The position numbers and the translations under genes are program-made. The notes under the pieces are model-generated. The model was not told the origin of the DNA. It saw only the letters and a list, made by a program, of their open reading frames with translations, and searched no databases. Below are positions 37,301 to 49,719 of a stretch of DNA of 64,000 nt, piece by piece. The stretch spans positions 205,158,001 to 205,222,000 of the forward strand of contig JANJGN010000002.1 in the NCBI GenBank assembly GCA_026770705.1, given 5' to 3'. Within the stretch, counting starts at the first letter, position 1, and the number at the start of each line of letters is the position of its first letter. The stretch is from Isurus oxyrinchus. Its lineage: Eukaryota.

Positions 37301-40300
37301 CTAAGTATTAAAATGATTGAACCATCTCACTGAACACAAGCAGACAGTGACTTTTAGTAGGCGCTATCTATAAAAAATATATTTTCTAAAATTAGTGATT
37401 TCTCACATTTGGGTTAATTGAACAAGGAAATATATCCAGGTGGTCAAGGAATACTTATAACATTTCTCAAACTTCTCATAAGGTAAACAAACTTTGAGCA
37501 CCTGAATTTGGTGAATAATAGGATGTAATTCCGCCTGCCGTCTATCTGTTGTATCTATTCATCTATCTCCCGCCATATGTCAAAACGTTTACACGTGAAG
37601 CAAAATATACGGCGTTATTATGCATTACTGTTATTTATATTTAATATTTTATAGCAAGTTAAACAGTGGTAAGGCACGAAGAGATATTTTGCAATGTGTA
37701 CAGAGTTTGAAGTTTCTCTTTCACCGCTTGCCTTACCATCATTAATATCATTCCATCCAATCAAATTGCTTAGAATATTTATTGACTTAAACTGGAATTT
37801 GACGGGCCATCCATTAAAGATTTGCAAATTTAGATCGGTCGTGAGAGGAAACAGGTTTAACAAGCAAACTTTCAAATCCTTTCAGAGGCCTTTAGTACGC
37901 AAAATGCCAGCATTAATAACGAGGATTAATCCCGGGCGTGTTTGGAGATGAAATACAAAGCGATCAAGTAGCACTTTTAGGTGCAAAGTGGGAAACTGTA
38001 GTAGACTCAGAATAGCTCAGTAGCAGCAGTTTGCACATCGTTGTCACATATTGTATTTGACACCATATGCATACATAATCCGTTGAATAATGGCGCCTAA
38101 AGTAAACCGACCTCTTCCCGGCTGCATAATGTGGGTTGAAATTAAGTCTTTTACAGGGATCGTACACTGTCGCTTGTTTAAACGCGCGAATAAGAGAATG
38201 TTCAACAAAGGTCTTACTTAAAATGTTCTGAGATAGGGCGAGGATAAGAACTCTCATTATGCTCCGGCTCAATGTAGTTGCCTCTCATGGTAGAGAACAC
38301 TGCAACAGAAAACTTTTGAATACGTTTAGCTTACTGCAAGTTTTCAATGTCATAAAAATGAATTTGAAATAATTATTTTCATCATTGATTCTAATCGGCT
38401 GACTGTCTTATTGCCTCAGCTGAAATATAGAGGGACACAGAGCCACGCTTAATTTGTTAGATGCTCGGCGTAAAAAGTTTTTTTTCTATTCAATTCCCTG
38501 AATCAGCGTGTGGAACTAGATGACTGTATGAATCAATTAATCGGTGATGATCATAAACTGGCCAGCAACACTGCGACAGGTCGTCTTTGTGGTGCCTTAT
38601 TGTAATGGATAAGTTTATGGGCTTTTGGTAACACAAGCAGACTCTTCCGTTCCTTTTACCCAAAATGTCATCCCGAACTGCAAAACTCCAAAGTGTTCAC
38701 CGTTTACTTTGTAGCCGTACTTGATTAACCAGCTAACCCAAAGGATTGCACTTCCCTTGGACAGTAAACTAATAAATGATCAGCAAATGTTTCTGAGAAG
38801 TTCGACTGTTGTATTGCGAATCAAAAGAAAGTCTGCCTTCATATTTTGATTTCCACCACATGAATGGCCTTTTATTTTGGATAAAACAAAAGGTTTTTTT
38901 AATCATGCATGATGATTCACAACATGTTAGGAGCTATTTAAATACATGTTCAACGTCAGAATTCAATTCAACATAACTTAACTGATAGTGGCCCAACGGG
39001 CAAGTTAATGGTATATTCTCAGGAAAAGCTGTACTTAATATTGAATCCGATTGTCTTACTTACAAAACACAACCAATCGTTGTTGCTGGCAAAAGCATTC
39101 TTTCACAGACTTTTGCCTCATGGAATAAAACTGAGATAAAAGTTTTCAACATTATGAAAGCTTATGCATTACAGTAATTGACTCCGAATCGGATATGAAT
39201 TGCTCAGGCACACGAAATGCAAAGTTAAATTGTATTTTGTGTACAATAATGTGGAGCGAATCCGGATGTCCTGGTCTCTCGCTGCAATAATACTTCTTTA
39301 AAAGTTAATTGCGTTCTAAATTCTAGATTCTACTCCCATTTTCTTTTCATTTTTAAAATTATAGCCGTCAAACAAACTATTACATCCTCGCCTATCAAAT
39401 TGCGGCAAAATATCACTTAACAGTAGGGTAGTGGCGTTTTTAAACACTGCAGGTTATACTTAAATGATTATAATGAGAGTGGGAAACATCATTTTATTTA
39501 CAGAACTTCATACTTTGTTTCCGCAATGGGTGTAGGCAACTTGTAGCCGTGACGTCACTCTTCCTATATTAGCATATTGAGGGGATGCTGAGTCTGTTCT
39601 TGGTTGATAAGGTCCTCTGGAGGAATGCACTGCTTGTTTAAATACCTTAATTACTTTCCCTCTATCTGCCAGCTATTTCCAAGTTCTGTAATTTGAAAAA
39701 GAAATCTTAAGAAATAACATTCCACAAAACGCTAAACAGACATTGAACAGATCGATTTTAATACAAATGTTCACAGTGTCACAGAACTTTACTCAAATCT
39801 TTTAAAAGACGACTGGCTTTTCTTTTTGAAGTCCCTCCGTCCATTTGCTTTGTGCTGAATGTGTGGTGCTTCTATCACTTTGAAAACAAAATGCAGCAAC
39901 CGACTATATAGATTGGTACTGGTGCTGCTCGGCTCAGTGGCATTCTAATACGCAACTGAAGTCAGAAGCCAGTGATTTGCATGCGGATGTCTAAGAGGTG
40001 AAAACACCGCTCACCCCTACAGCTGCAACAGAAAACTCAACGCATTTGAATTGCGGAAGCACAAATTATACGTCGGACTTATCACGGTCACACCAATCAC
40101 CTATATAAAAAATACACACGCTTTGATTAACTACCTGAAATGATTGTTTAATGTCAAAAAGGGAGCACTGTTATATTAATATTAACTAGTTCTCTCTTGT
40201 CCGTCAGCTGTTACCGTAATTAGCAGTGTATGTATTTTTACTAGAATTAAAATATTCCCCGTGAATTACAGTCACCGCATGTAGACTCACTTTTGATTTG

Positions 40301-41292
40301 TACGTTAATTTCAAACGCAGATGTAAAATACAAATCGGGAAAGAGGCAAAATGAATATTATTTCGCGGAAATTCACAAGCTATAGCTGATGCTTACATAT
40401 AAAATTACTGCAGGGGCCTTTTTCAATAAATGCGAGCAGTGTAATTACGACAGCAAGATACAACCGTCAGCAAAGGCTGACATTCAGGCTGCTTTTGTCA
40501 CTTTCAGCTGGAGCTGTAATGTGTTGACCTTGCGCTCGTTTATAAAATGGTAAAACGAGAATTACGTCGTGATGCGACAGGTTACAGATCAAAAAGGGAA
40601 TAATCTATTAGATTAAAAGATTACTAAACTGAAATGGATATATATCCAAATATTTATATAGTCAGTTTAAGTCGATTCACATTTCGTCTTAAAATATGTT
40701 AATGAAAGTAGGTATTACTAATCGCTTTATATCAATTTATTAAAGCTGCATGTAATGTATTTAAAAAGCAATGTGGTGTAGAGGGGGTTAACGCAGAGTG
40801 CCTGGCGTGAAAATGAAAAAAAGCCATAAGATAGAGTTTGTTGAGTAGCATCGCGTTCTTGCGGACAATTCAGACCATTCATAAGGCGCTTTCTTCAGGG
40901 TTTGATGGTTATGGTGCAGTGAGCCTGGTGATATACAGCTCACTTCAGACCAGCCCGATGGCAATTTTGCGGCTTACATTGTTGCCCCCCCCCCCCCCCC
41001 CCCAACTTGAACAGAAATATGTTTTTCTTTGTGGGAATTCACGCAGATAACTACAAACACTGAACCTGATACATTCAAAGTAACAAAGTTTGGAGAGATC
41101 CTATTAAACAGAGCCATGGCGCAACATTTTCAACTTTTACACCCACGAAAGGTTTGCAAGCCAGCATTAATGCACAGCGTCAGGAAGGGGATCAGTAAAA
41201 TGCTATGAGCTATCGTTAAAGGAAATGTACTTTAACTCCTGAGGGTGGGAGGGGGCATTCTGGATCCTGAGCCGTGGGAAACTGGGAGCCAA

Positions 41293-41314
41293 CTAGCAGA
41301 GGGCGATGACGTCA
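41293..41314 (+). promoter_or_regulatory. CTCF-like motif abutting a full CRE
   Basis: CTAGCAGAGGGCGA (near CCASYAGRKGGCRS) immediately followed by TGACGTCA. Confidence 0.4.
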
Positions 41315-43599
41315 GGGTGTGAACCTGTCCCCGTTGCCAGAGCAGACTCGACTCGAACTCCTGATAGGACCACCGCTTCTTTTTATCTTTCCCATGTTCG
41401 CAAGGGCTCTCAAAAAAGGGGGAAAATCTTAAATTAGAATGCTTGAATTAATATGTCAACCGCAATGACTCGCACTGTTTTAGATCTCTGGTGTTTGTAT
41501 AAAATTGCTTTACTGAAAACAGCATAAATAAACATAACACGGCATCCTTTATATAAGGTTTTATTATTCATTACCAGCCCGGGAGAAGTCGCTCCTTTAT
41601 TTCTGCCTAACCTCTCCTGCAGTTGCAACTGCTTGATTGATGGAGGAATTGCAAGATATATATTGGGGTGAAGGCGGTAGTTTACATCTTTCAGTTTTAA
41701 TTCAGCAATTAGTTGGGCCTACAAACTGCCAAATGTAGTTTAATAAGGAGAATCGCTATGACACTCTATTCGTGGTGCTAATACGTCTGCGCCATGTTTT
41801 CTTTAGCTAGCTCTCTAAGGTGTTAAATTAAGAGATTAAAGTTAACCAACAAAAGGTCTGGTTAATCGACTAATTAAATTTCTAGACATACAGACAACCT
41901 AAGGCAAGATATGAATTTGGGGCCCAATAAGAATCTATAATAGATTTAAAGTTTCTCTCGCCTCCCTCCAGCATTCGGCTGCACAGTAATAAGAGTTTCA
42001 ATAACATTCGCATTTTGCACTACGCATAAAACATTGGTTGGAGAAACAACACGATTGTAAATAAATGTTTTTTTGTCTCGAAGGGAAAATTGTATTTTTA
42101 CAAAGTGCGAGAAAGTGTCCCACTCTGCAGATGACAGATGCAACTCATTCAGGATTTCATGAAAATACTGCATTTCGGGAAACAACCAACGAAGAATTCT
42201 GAATTGATTGAATGATGGCACCTGTTGCACCATAACCAAGCCCTTAGGGTCGGGTGGATGTTCTCTATGATCCCCTATTGACGCGTTGAAAGTTGCATCT
42301 TCTTTTCCAATCTTTAGACGAAGCAGAGATCTCCACGATCTGAATTGCCTTTATTTACTGCGCTTCCTCGGGTTTATCGGAGTGTTGGTGAGTTACTGAA
42401 AGTTAAACCTTGCTGGCATAAAGGCGGTGTTTAATTGTCACCATGTAATGGCTTTAAATGAGAATCCCATCACACTTCCACTTTAGCGGTATCGCTTGTC
42501 CCTCCGAGGCACTATGCAGGTTTTAGGCTATTTTCTGTCAAAAAGCTGTCAACTGGAACCCTCAATGGACCACTATACAAAGGTCTCGATTGAGACCCCC
42601 TAGCTGATTTAATTCAGCATTGTAATTATTAGTTCATGTTCCGTTAGCTTATCTGTCCTCATTCAATGTATATTATTGTCAGGTAATCTCACTCAACAAG
42701 TACCATGGCTTTATACCGAAATATATTTGTTTATGGTGCATTCGGGCCATGGAAAAACAGACACATTTATGACAAATATAAATGTCACATTATAAGAAAG
42801 TAGAAAATCAGAAGCTATCCAATAATCGACAGACATTTAAATATGATGCATTTGGCTTTTGTGATGCTCTTTATTTTCTAATTTTAATCTATGTTTGTAT
42901 TCATATGAGTTTATTAATTTGCGACAAGATCATCTGGGTCGGACGTTAAGCTGTCTTCAGAATAGTCTGACCAAGATTGCGTCTATAGGTTTGATCAATA
43001 ATTAATTTGACCAAAGCTGTCTGGCCCTGTCCGGCAAAGACGCGTTTGACACGGTTGGCAACTGAGTCTAAGCTTCGCTAGGGATAAACTGATCTGTTTG
43101 GATAACACAACAAATATAAAATTACCCTTTCCCTTGCACCAGATAATCGCAAAATATCTTAGTTTCGCCTGGAAAATGTGAAATATAATCTGGAATGGAA
43201 ATATTCAGGTGGCAGAGGACTCTCCATACTCTCGTTGAAATGCGTTCGCTACCAATCTTAAAGGATTTAAGGAATCGTTTAATATAGAAAAAAGAACACA
43301 AATGGTCCTCAAAAAAGTTGGACAAATCAATTGTTTTATGATGCACTTTAACGCACATCACATTGGGTAATCACAGTGTTACTTTATTCACTCCTCATTT
43401 ATAGTGGCAAATTAGAGATTAGAATTTCATCATAAAAAGTGGAAAACAAAATTTTACTGCATCTGTGTAGGAGCCACTTGGGTCAGCGCTAGAAGAGGCA
43501 AGTTTTCCAATGTATAATTTATGTCATAATTGTTACACAGCTATTTTCAAATGAACGACAGGGCCGTTAAGACCATATTCAAAACATTTCTTTCTTATG

Positions 43600-43720
43600 T
43601 ACATGAGAGGCCAATTGCGGCCATCACCGCATGAATAATCCCTATATGCATCACACATGCTGTGCAATTCTGCAAATTCCTTTGGTGCCACGAAAAAAAC
43701 CCGGGCCTCTGTTTAACAGG
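43600..43720 (-). promoter_or_regulatory. Probable SRR2 enhancer orthologue
   Basis: Minus strand CATGTGTGATGCATATAGGGATTATTCATGCGGTGATG versus recalled mouse SRR2 CATTGTGATGCATATAGGATTATTCACGTGGTAATG. Lies ~3.7 kb downstream of the TSS, where SRR2 is expected. Confidence 0.8.
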
Positions 43721-45307
43721 GTCTTTAAAAAGGGACAATAGTGTATGTGTACCTGTTACTAAACTCCTCCCAGTTCTCAAGTAGTTGTAAAACTTGCTAG
43801 TCCCTTCTTTCCAGCATTCCCGATTCCTTTGGAAAATAACACTTCCAAATATTAAACACATGGGGCAGATTAAAGAATGACAAACTAGCTGCATCCCTCT
43901 TCCTCTGGGTCATCAACAGTTTTTAAATTTTATTCCAATTTTTGCAAATGGATCTTAAATCGCAAGTCTCTCAAATCGAGAGCTCTGTACTGGGCTTCTC
44001 TGCTCCAGTGAAAAGTATCCAGACTCAGCTTTCATCAGGAATGTGCAAATCCAATATATCATAATTCAGCAAAAAAAATAGACCCGGGCTTTGTGGTCAG
44101 CAACGTCCGTGGAGTGTGTTTTTTTTATTCTCGTTTCTATTCCTAAAGATCAGACTGCAATAAACGATACTAACTTCATAGGATCCGAAATCATGTGGTC
44201 CAAAGTGCTGTGCTTCGTGTTTAATATATATAACAAAAAGTAGAATTATTGCCAAAAAGCTACGGCCTGTAATTTACTAAAATGGAACAGTAACAGGACG
44301 CTTATAATTTCCTGCAGTAATGGAGTTAAATTACCACGATCATCATTGTAACTAATTCTGACGCAGCAGAGAGAACATTCGCGTTCTCTCCAAACCGTTC
44401 CAAACATTAAAGGATTTACGGAGGGATCACGGTGGGGAAGAGTTCAGAACCTTCCTGCATGTGTCAGTATTTCTTTTCTTTACTGCAAGCCTCGAGAATT
44501 TGACTGATGCCGAGAGTCCATATCTAACGCAGTTTATCCAAACTGCGCTACTGTGCAGAGTCAATCTCCAACCCCCGCTGGGAATACAGAAACAGGATTA
44601 GAGCAAAAAAAAACTCGACATTCTGCGCAAAAGCCTCCCTCACGCGCTTCTACACAACTTCCAGTTTCTCTCAACTTCCCCGTGTTTTTTTTTTGATCGC
44701 CGAATACAAAGATGGTGTTTTAGACATAAAATCAAGACTTTTCAAACAACCCTCTCTTGATATATTCCCAACAAATATTCATATTTAGGAAAGAAATGTT
44801 AAATAAACGTAGTGAATACAATTTGTTGAGCTGAACGCTACTGTGCTATACATTTTAGAAATAACCAACTTAAATCAATTTTGCTTGGTTCTTTGAGCTC
44901 AACAAGTAGCAAAGCCAAAGATCGGGCCTCTATTAATTGATTACTTTGATTCCTCGCTCTTAAATGTAAATTAAGATCCGTGTTGATCAGACGCAACATG
45001 CGTTAATAGGTCCGAAACAGGTCAAAAGTTGATTTTGTTTTATTGCCAGTGTCGTGGGGGAGGGGTATAAACTTGCTCACTTTACATCACAAAGTGAAAA
45101 TTAAAGGTTGAACTAACTTCAGTTACAGAGGAGCAACAGGCTAGAATTTAATTGTTACGAACAGATATAAAGTCGGGATTTGTCTTTATAACTCATTCAA
45201 ATTCAGGCACCTTTGTTTTAGCTTCTCTACTAGCCCAACTGCGAATACGTAATGAAGGTTTGCGAAAGCAGAGAGCAGTAAAATAACTACACAACTCAAA
45301 TGGAACT

Positions 45308-46207
45308 CAAGTGTCTAAATTTGCAAAATTTATTCATCTCAAACTCTGCATAATGGAAAAAAAACGTAAGGTCGAAATGTTCTGTTATAAGGCTGTATTA
45401 GTTAATTATATACATGGACTGGTCGGCAGACTGATTCAAATAATACAGAGCCGAGTTGCACAATACACTACGGAAAATGAGAAAACTTAAAATATCGTCA
45501 CAATAAATTTACAGAAATATTACAAACCATAAGAAAATAATTCAAACACAGTAACTTCATGTTTTCAGTTTCGGAACAAGATGAAAATATGAAAAACAAC
45601 ATGACTATAAATTAATTAACAAGGGTTTTGACCTGCAGGCCTTATTTTGCTGCTTTTAACAATGAGTAAAAAAACAAAAATTTAGTACAATCTAAAATTT
45701 CGCCCGTTTTCGTGAAAACTCCACACAACAGTTCGTAAAATCGATGACTCAATCGCTTCACTTTCGTAGAATACCCAAACAATGAAAATGCCCCATTTCC
45801 AGCCACTCTTTTCCCATCCTTCTTTGCATTATGTTAACAAGAGCAAATGTACAGAAGCTTACACTTGCGAACTGTTATAAAAATTGGCAATTTCTCAGTT
45901 TACAAACTGTGGACATTTTGATTGCCGTTTTTCTTGATAAATACTGTACAAAAAAGTGGCATGTATAATAAAACTTTTTTTTTCCTAACCGAGGCTAGCT
46001 CTAAAATATTACCGGTAAAGACTCTTGCAAACTTTTTGCAAAGTTTCTACCAGGGAATCATAGGACTATAATTGTTTTAAGTATTAAGTCCCCCCCCCCA
46101 CCCACCCTCCCCCGCCCATGGTTCTATACAAGTTCTTTCTGCATGTATTATTCTGTACAAAAATAGTCCAAAGAAGTCCGATTTTTGAGTTTTGTTTGTT
46201 TACAGTT
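45308..46207 (-). other. sox2: Sox2 3'UTR
   Basis: Contains blocks I recognise from vertebrate Sox2 3'UTRs (TTGTACAGTATTTATC; TCGGCTCTGTATTATTTGAATCAGTCTGCCGA; CCATTATGCAGAGTTTGAGAT) and ends after AATAAA. Confidence 0.88.
45329..45334 (-). terminator. Sox2 polyadenylation signal AATAAA
   Basis: TTTATT on + strand at the end of the conserved 3'UTR block. GT/T-rich sequence follows on the minus strand. Confidence 0.85.
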
Positions 46208-47140
46208 TTACATATGTGTTAGAGGAAGTGTGCCGTTTATGCCCGTCCCTGGGACAGGTGCGCTCTGGTAATGTTGGGGCATATGCAGTCTACTCTGGGC
46301 GGTGGGCTCGGGCACCTCAGCTCCGGGCAGGTACATGCTAATCATGTCCCGTAGGTCCCCCTGACACGGTGGACCCCGAGAGTGAGTAGTGACTGGGGGG
46401 CTTGTGCTCGACTCTGACTTAACCACCGATCCCATTGATCCCAGAGCCATACCTGTGCTTTGCTGCGTGTAGGCTGGGGACATGCTGTAGGTGGGCGAGC
46501 CGTTCATGTAGGTCTGAGCGCTGGTCATTGAGTTGTATTGCAGCGCGCTCATATCATAGCGGTGCATCTGCTGCATCTGGGCCACGTTGTGAGCGTTCAG
46601 GCCCTGGTGCTGAGAGTAGCCGAGCTGCTCCTGCATCATGCTGTAGCCTCCGTTCGTCCAGCCGTTCATGTGCGCGTAACCGTCCATCCTCTGGTTGACT
46701 CCAGCGCCGACTCCGACTCCGACCCCGGCGTTCATAGCACTGGCGCCGGGCGCCAGCAGGCCGCCAGGCAGAGTGTACTTGTCCTTTTTCATCAGGGTCT
46801 TGGTTTTCCTCCGGGGCCGATATTTATAATCCGGGTGCTCCTTCATGTGCAGGGCTCGCAGCCGCTTCGCCTCGTCGATGAACGGCCTCTTCTCGGCCTC
46901 GGATAAAAGTTTCCACTCCGCCCCGAGCCTCTTGCTGATCTCCGAGTTGTGCATTTTGGGGTTTTCTTGGGCCATTTTCCGCCGCTGTCCTCTGGACCAG
47001 ACCATAAACGCGTTCATGGGTCTCTTGACCCTGTCGGGACTGTTTTTCGCGTTGTTTCCCGCCGAGTTGGAGTTGCCCGTTCCCCCCGAAGTTTGTTGTG
47101 GGGCGGGCGGTTTGAGATCGGTTTCCATCATGTTGTACAT
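46208..47140 (-). CDS. sox2: Transcription factor SOX-2 (SoxB1 HMG-box), single exon, 310 aa
   Basis: ORF starts [15 protein letters not shown] box [44 protein letters not shown]...YKYRPRRK (about 46799..47035). SoxB motif [17 protein letters not shown] motif, C-terminus [18 protein letters not shown]...GTLPLTHM. No introns. Confidence 0.99.
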   Translation of the reverse strand: MYNMMETDLKPPAPQQTSGGTGNSNSAGNNAKNSPDRVKRPMNAFMVWSRGQRRKMAQENPKMHNSEISKRLGAEWKLLSEAEKRPFIDEAKRLRALHMKEHPDYKYRPRRKTKTLMKKDKYTLPGGLLAPGASAMNAGVGVGVGAGVNQRMDGYAHMNGWTNGGYSMMQEQLGYSQHQGLNAHNVAQMQQMHRYDMSALQYNSMTSAQTYMNGSPTYSMSPAYTQQSTGMALGSMGSVVKSESSTSPPVTTHSRGPPCQGDLRDMISMYLPGAEVPEPTAQSRLHMPQHYQSAPVPGTGINGTLPLTHM

Positions 47141-47372
47141 TCAACCTGATGTCTGAGAGCTTTTTATATGTCTTTTTTTTTGGTGAAAGAAAAGAAACTT
47201 TTCTTGTTCAGTCCGAAACAAAAAGTAAGAAACGAACGTGGAATTTGTTATATTTTCGTTACTCTTGCAACTTATAGAAACCAAACAACTGGCACTTTCC
47301 AGTGGAGAGGGAAAGAGAGCAGAGCCTGACAACTCCTGATACTTTTTTGAACAAGTTAATAGACAACCATCC
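47141..47372 (-). other. sox2: Sox2 5'UTR, inferred TSS about 47371
   Basis: Minus strand reads GATGGTTGTCTATTAACTTGTTCAAAAAAGTATCAGGAGTTGTCA, matching the start of vertebrate Sox2 mRNA as I recall it. Confidence 0.85.
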
Positions 47373-47720
47373 ATGTGATGGGGGCTGTCAGACAATAAAT
47401 GGCTTTGCTGCAGCCAATCAGAAGGGCCCGCGGCCCCAGAGTGACAGCTCGCCCGGCTCGATTTGCATAATGGGGGGCGTGTCCCGGAGGTCCCGCGCGC
47501 CTCTCAGCAGCAGAGCGAGGAAAGGGGCGGGGCCCCAATCCACAGCCCATCACCCCCCCTCCCGAAAAAGAAGCCGGCCGGCCAATCAGCGCCCTTCGCA
47601 TCTCATTAAGCTCTTCCGTCACCTGCGCTGTTGGGAGGAAGAGGCCGGAAAATGGCGCCGCCGCTGCAGGTGTCTGTCCCCGCCGGCGCTTGAGTGACAG
47701 CTCCGCTCGCTGTCAATCAA
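47373..47720 (-). promoter_or_regulatory. Sox2 proximal promoter
   Basis: CCAAT boxes near 47414, 47535 and 47582. Perfect octamer ATTTGCAT at 47461-47468, GC box GGGGCGGGGC near 47524, YY1-like AAAATGGCG near 47649, TGACAG motifs. GC- and CpG-rich, directly upstream of the inferred TSS. Confidence 0.9.
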
Positions 47721-49719
47721 ACTCCGCCTGCTTACACCACCACCACCTCCCCCCCCTCCTCCTCTCCCAACAACAAACTGGCGCGTCCTATATTCAAGCC
47801 TGAAAAGTTCCCTTAGCAACGGCATCGGTCCGTATTCACAGAGAGAGGGAGAGGAGGGGGGAGGGAGGGGGAAAAATCACCGCAGAATAAGCTCCACTCA
47901 TTTATAGATTAGTCGTATGAAGCGAAATCAACGGCGATTCAAATCAATGACTAACATTGCTCCTGTGTTTTTGCACAACTAACATTCTGAAACAAGACAT
48001 TTTGTGGGCAATTTTAGGTGGAAAGCTAAGATGAATAATTTAGTTTCTTGAAACAACTAAATCAATCCTTCTGAACCATGATTCAACGGCTAGATAATTC
48101 TAAATAAAGGGTCTCGGTGAGGACAGTCGCTATAATCCCGTTGTTCCAGTTTTCTTTCGCTCCATTTTGAAGTTTCGCAATTCTTGAGTCAGAATACTAT
48201 CAATCACATTTTTAAAAGTAACAAACGGACCTCGAACGAATGCACGTGTCTTACGAGGGCGCAATCATACATTTTTTGCTTGAATTTTATGTTTTGTTTT
48301 CTTGATTTTTGTTAACACATGGATTGAAATTTAATCAAGCCTTCTTTGACCGAATGTAGGAATTTGAATAGGGAAAACATCAATGCCAATATAAAGACTA
48401 GCACGTCCATTACAAATAGGTAGTTTTGTTCCCCTTGTTGTCAGTACACTGTAGCTAACAAAGACTGGTATAAGTTTACTTCCACACCGTTGTTTGGATC
48501 TTTTCACTAAAATGCACTTGAACACAAATAAAAAGACTAATGGTATTTCAGTGTTTATGGTACTTGAAAGATCACTATTTTTCCGTTCAGCCGCAAAAGA
48601 AGTTGTTTCTTTAAAAAGAAACCGACTGACTCTCTAATTAAAACAAACACATTTGGTGCATATCTTTTTTTCGTTCGTTAAATTTGTTAGTTCAGTTTGT
48701 CAGTTTACGGCAGAGACCTGATCTTTTGGTTGAGCAGAATAATGTATGTAATTTGAGCAGAATACATTCGATAGCCACAAAGTCTAATTTTTTTTACGGG
48801 TAAACAGCCGTACATGATGGCAACAGCACCACATGCAAACGTATTTGCGAACCTTGTTATCTTGTTTTCGCCATCCGTAATACATTTGTAACCTATAAGA
48901 ATAGTAATACATTATTCGTTTATATTGCAAATTACTTCCCTTTGTAATAGAACTGGGAGTTACACGCAGAGTGTGGCGTGTGTTAATATCGCCGTCTGCT
49001 GGCAACATCGCTTCAATGATACCACTTTTACTCTGCCATTTAGAAAATCGCTACTAAGCAAGAACAAATACTAATTTATCAAACAAACCTACGGAGTTGC
49101 GATCAATCCGTATTGTGAATTATCTAACTGCTAAAAAGAAAATATTTCCTCTTAAACGAATTGCATTTTCTGATTCATTTCATCTTTATTTCAAAAGGAC
49201 TAGTTAAATTAGATTTCTATTCGGTTAGAAGGAATAAAAGTAAGTGCATATTATTTAATTTATGGTGTAAGTGAATTATGATTAATCAAACAATAGAAAG
49301 GGCGCTTAAATCAATTTCTTGCTGCTATTGTTTATGCCTTGCTCGTTGATAACATTATTTTACGACCTTACGTATAATTAACGTTCAAAAAAGAAGGAGG
49401 GTGTGGGTGTGAAGTGTTTGATTGATAATGGTAATAAATAGATAACTGATGCATGGTGATATACAAACAATCTAATTGAAATAAAAAAAATATTCCCAGT
49501 GGATCTGTGTGAATACAGATACATGTAATAATAAAACAGATACGTGCAAAGTCATTTTGCAATTAGAGCCACAGTTTATATATAATATATATGAATCGTT
49601 TATGGCTGTATTTTTATTAAGAAAAAACATTTCTTTTAACTACTTTTGCAATTAAAGACAGAAATTGAGAGATTTAACAGAACTATTTCTTATTTTGTCT
49701 TTCGATGCAAATGGAGATT

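Larger units (their letters stand above)
46230..47880. other. CpG island over Sox2 CDS and promoter
   Basis: High GC and dense CpG by inspection, interrupted only by the AT-rich 5'UTR. Confidence 0.85.

Noticed and set aside
44369-44390. 8-bp hairpin GAGAGAAC/GTTCTCTC
   Set aside because: Too short for a pre-miRNA and expected by chance in 64 kb.
46435-47156. ORFs overlapping Sox2 on the + strand or in alternative frames
   Set aside because: By-products of a GC-rich CDS, with no recognisable domain.
47141-47825. ORFs of 68-131 aa across the promoter and 5'UTR
   Set aside because: Low-complexity translations of GC-rich promoter DNA.
28213-48763. Short direct duplications (TAAACAAACCTTT x2 at ~28213; GTCTATAACT x2 at ~33886; TTGAGCAGAATA x2 at ~48730)
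   Set aside because: Two-copy slippage-type duplications, with no array structure.
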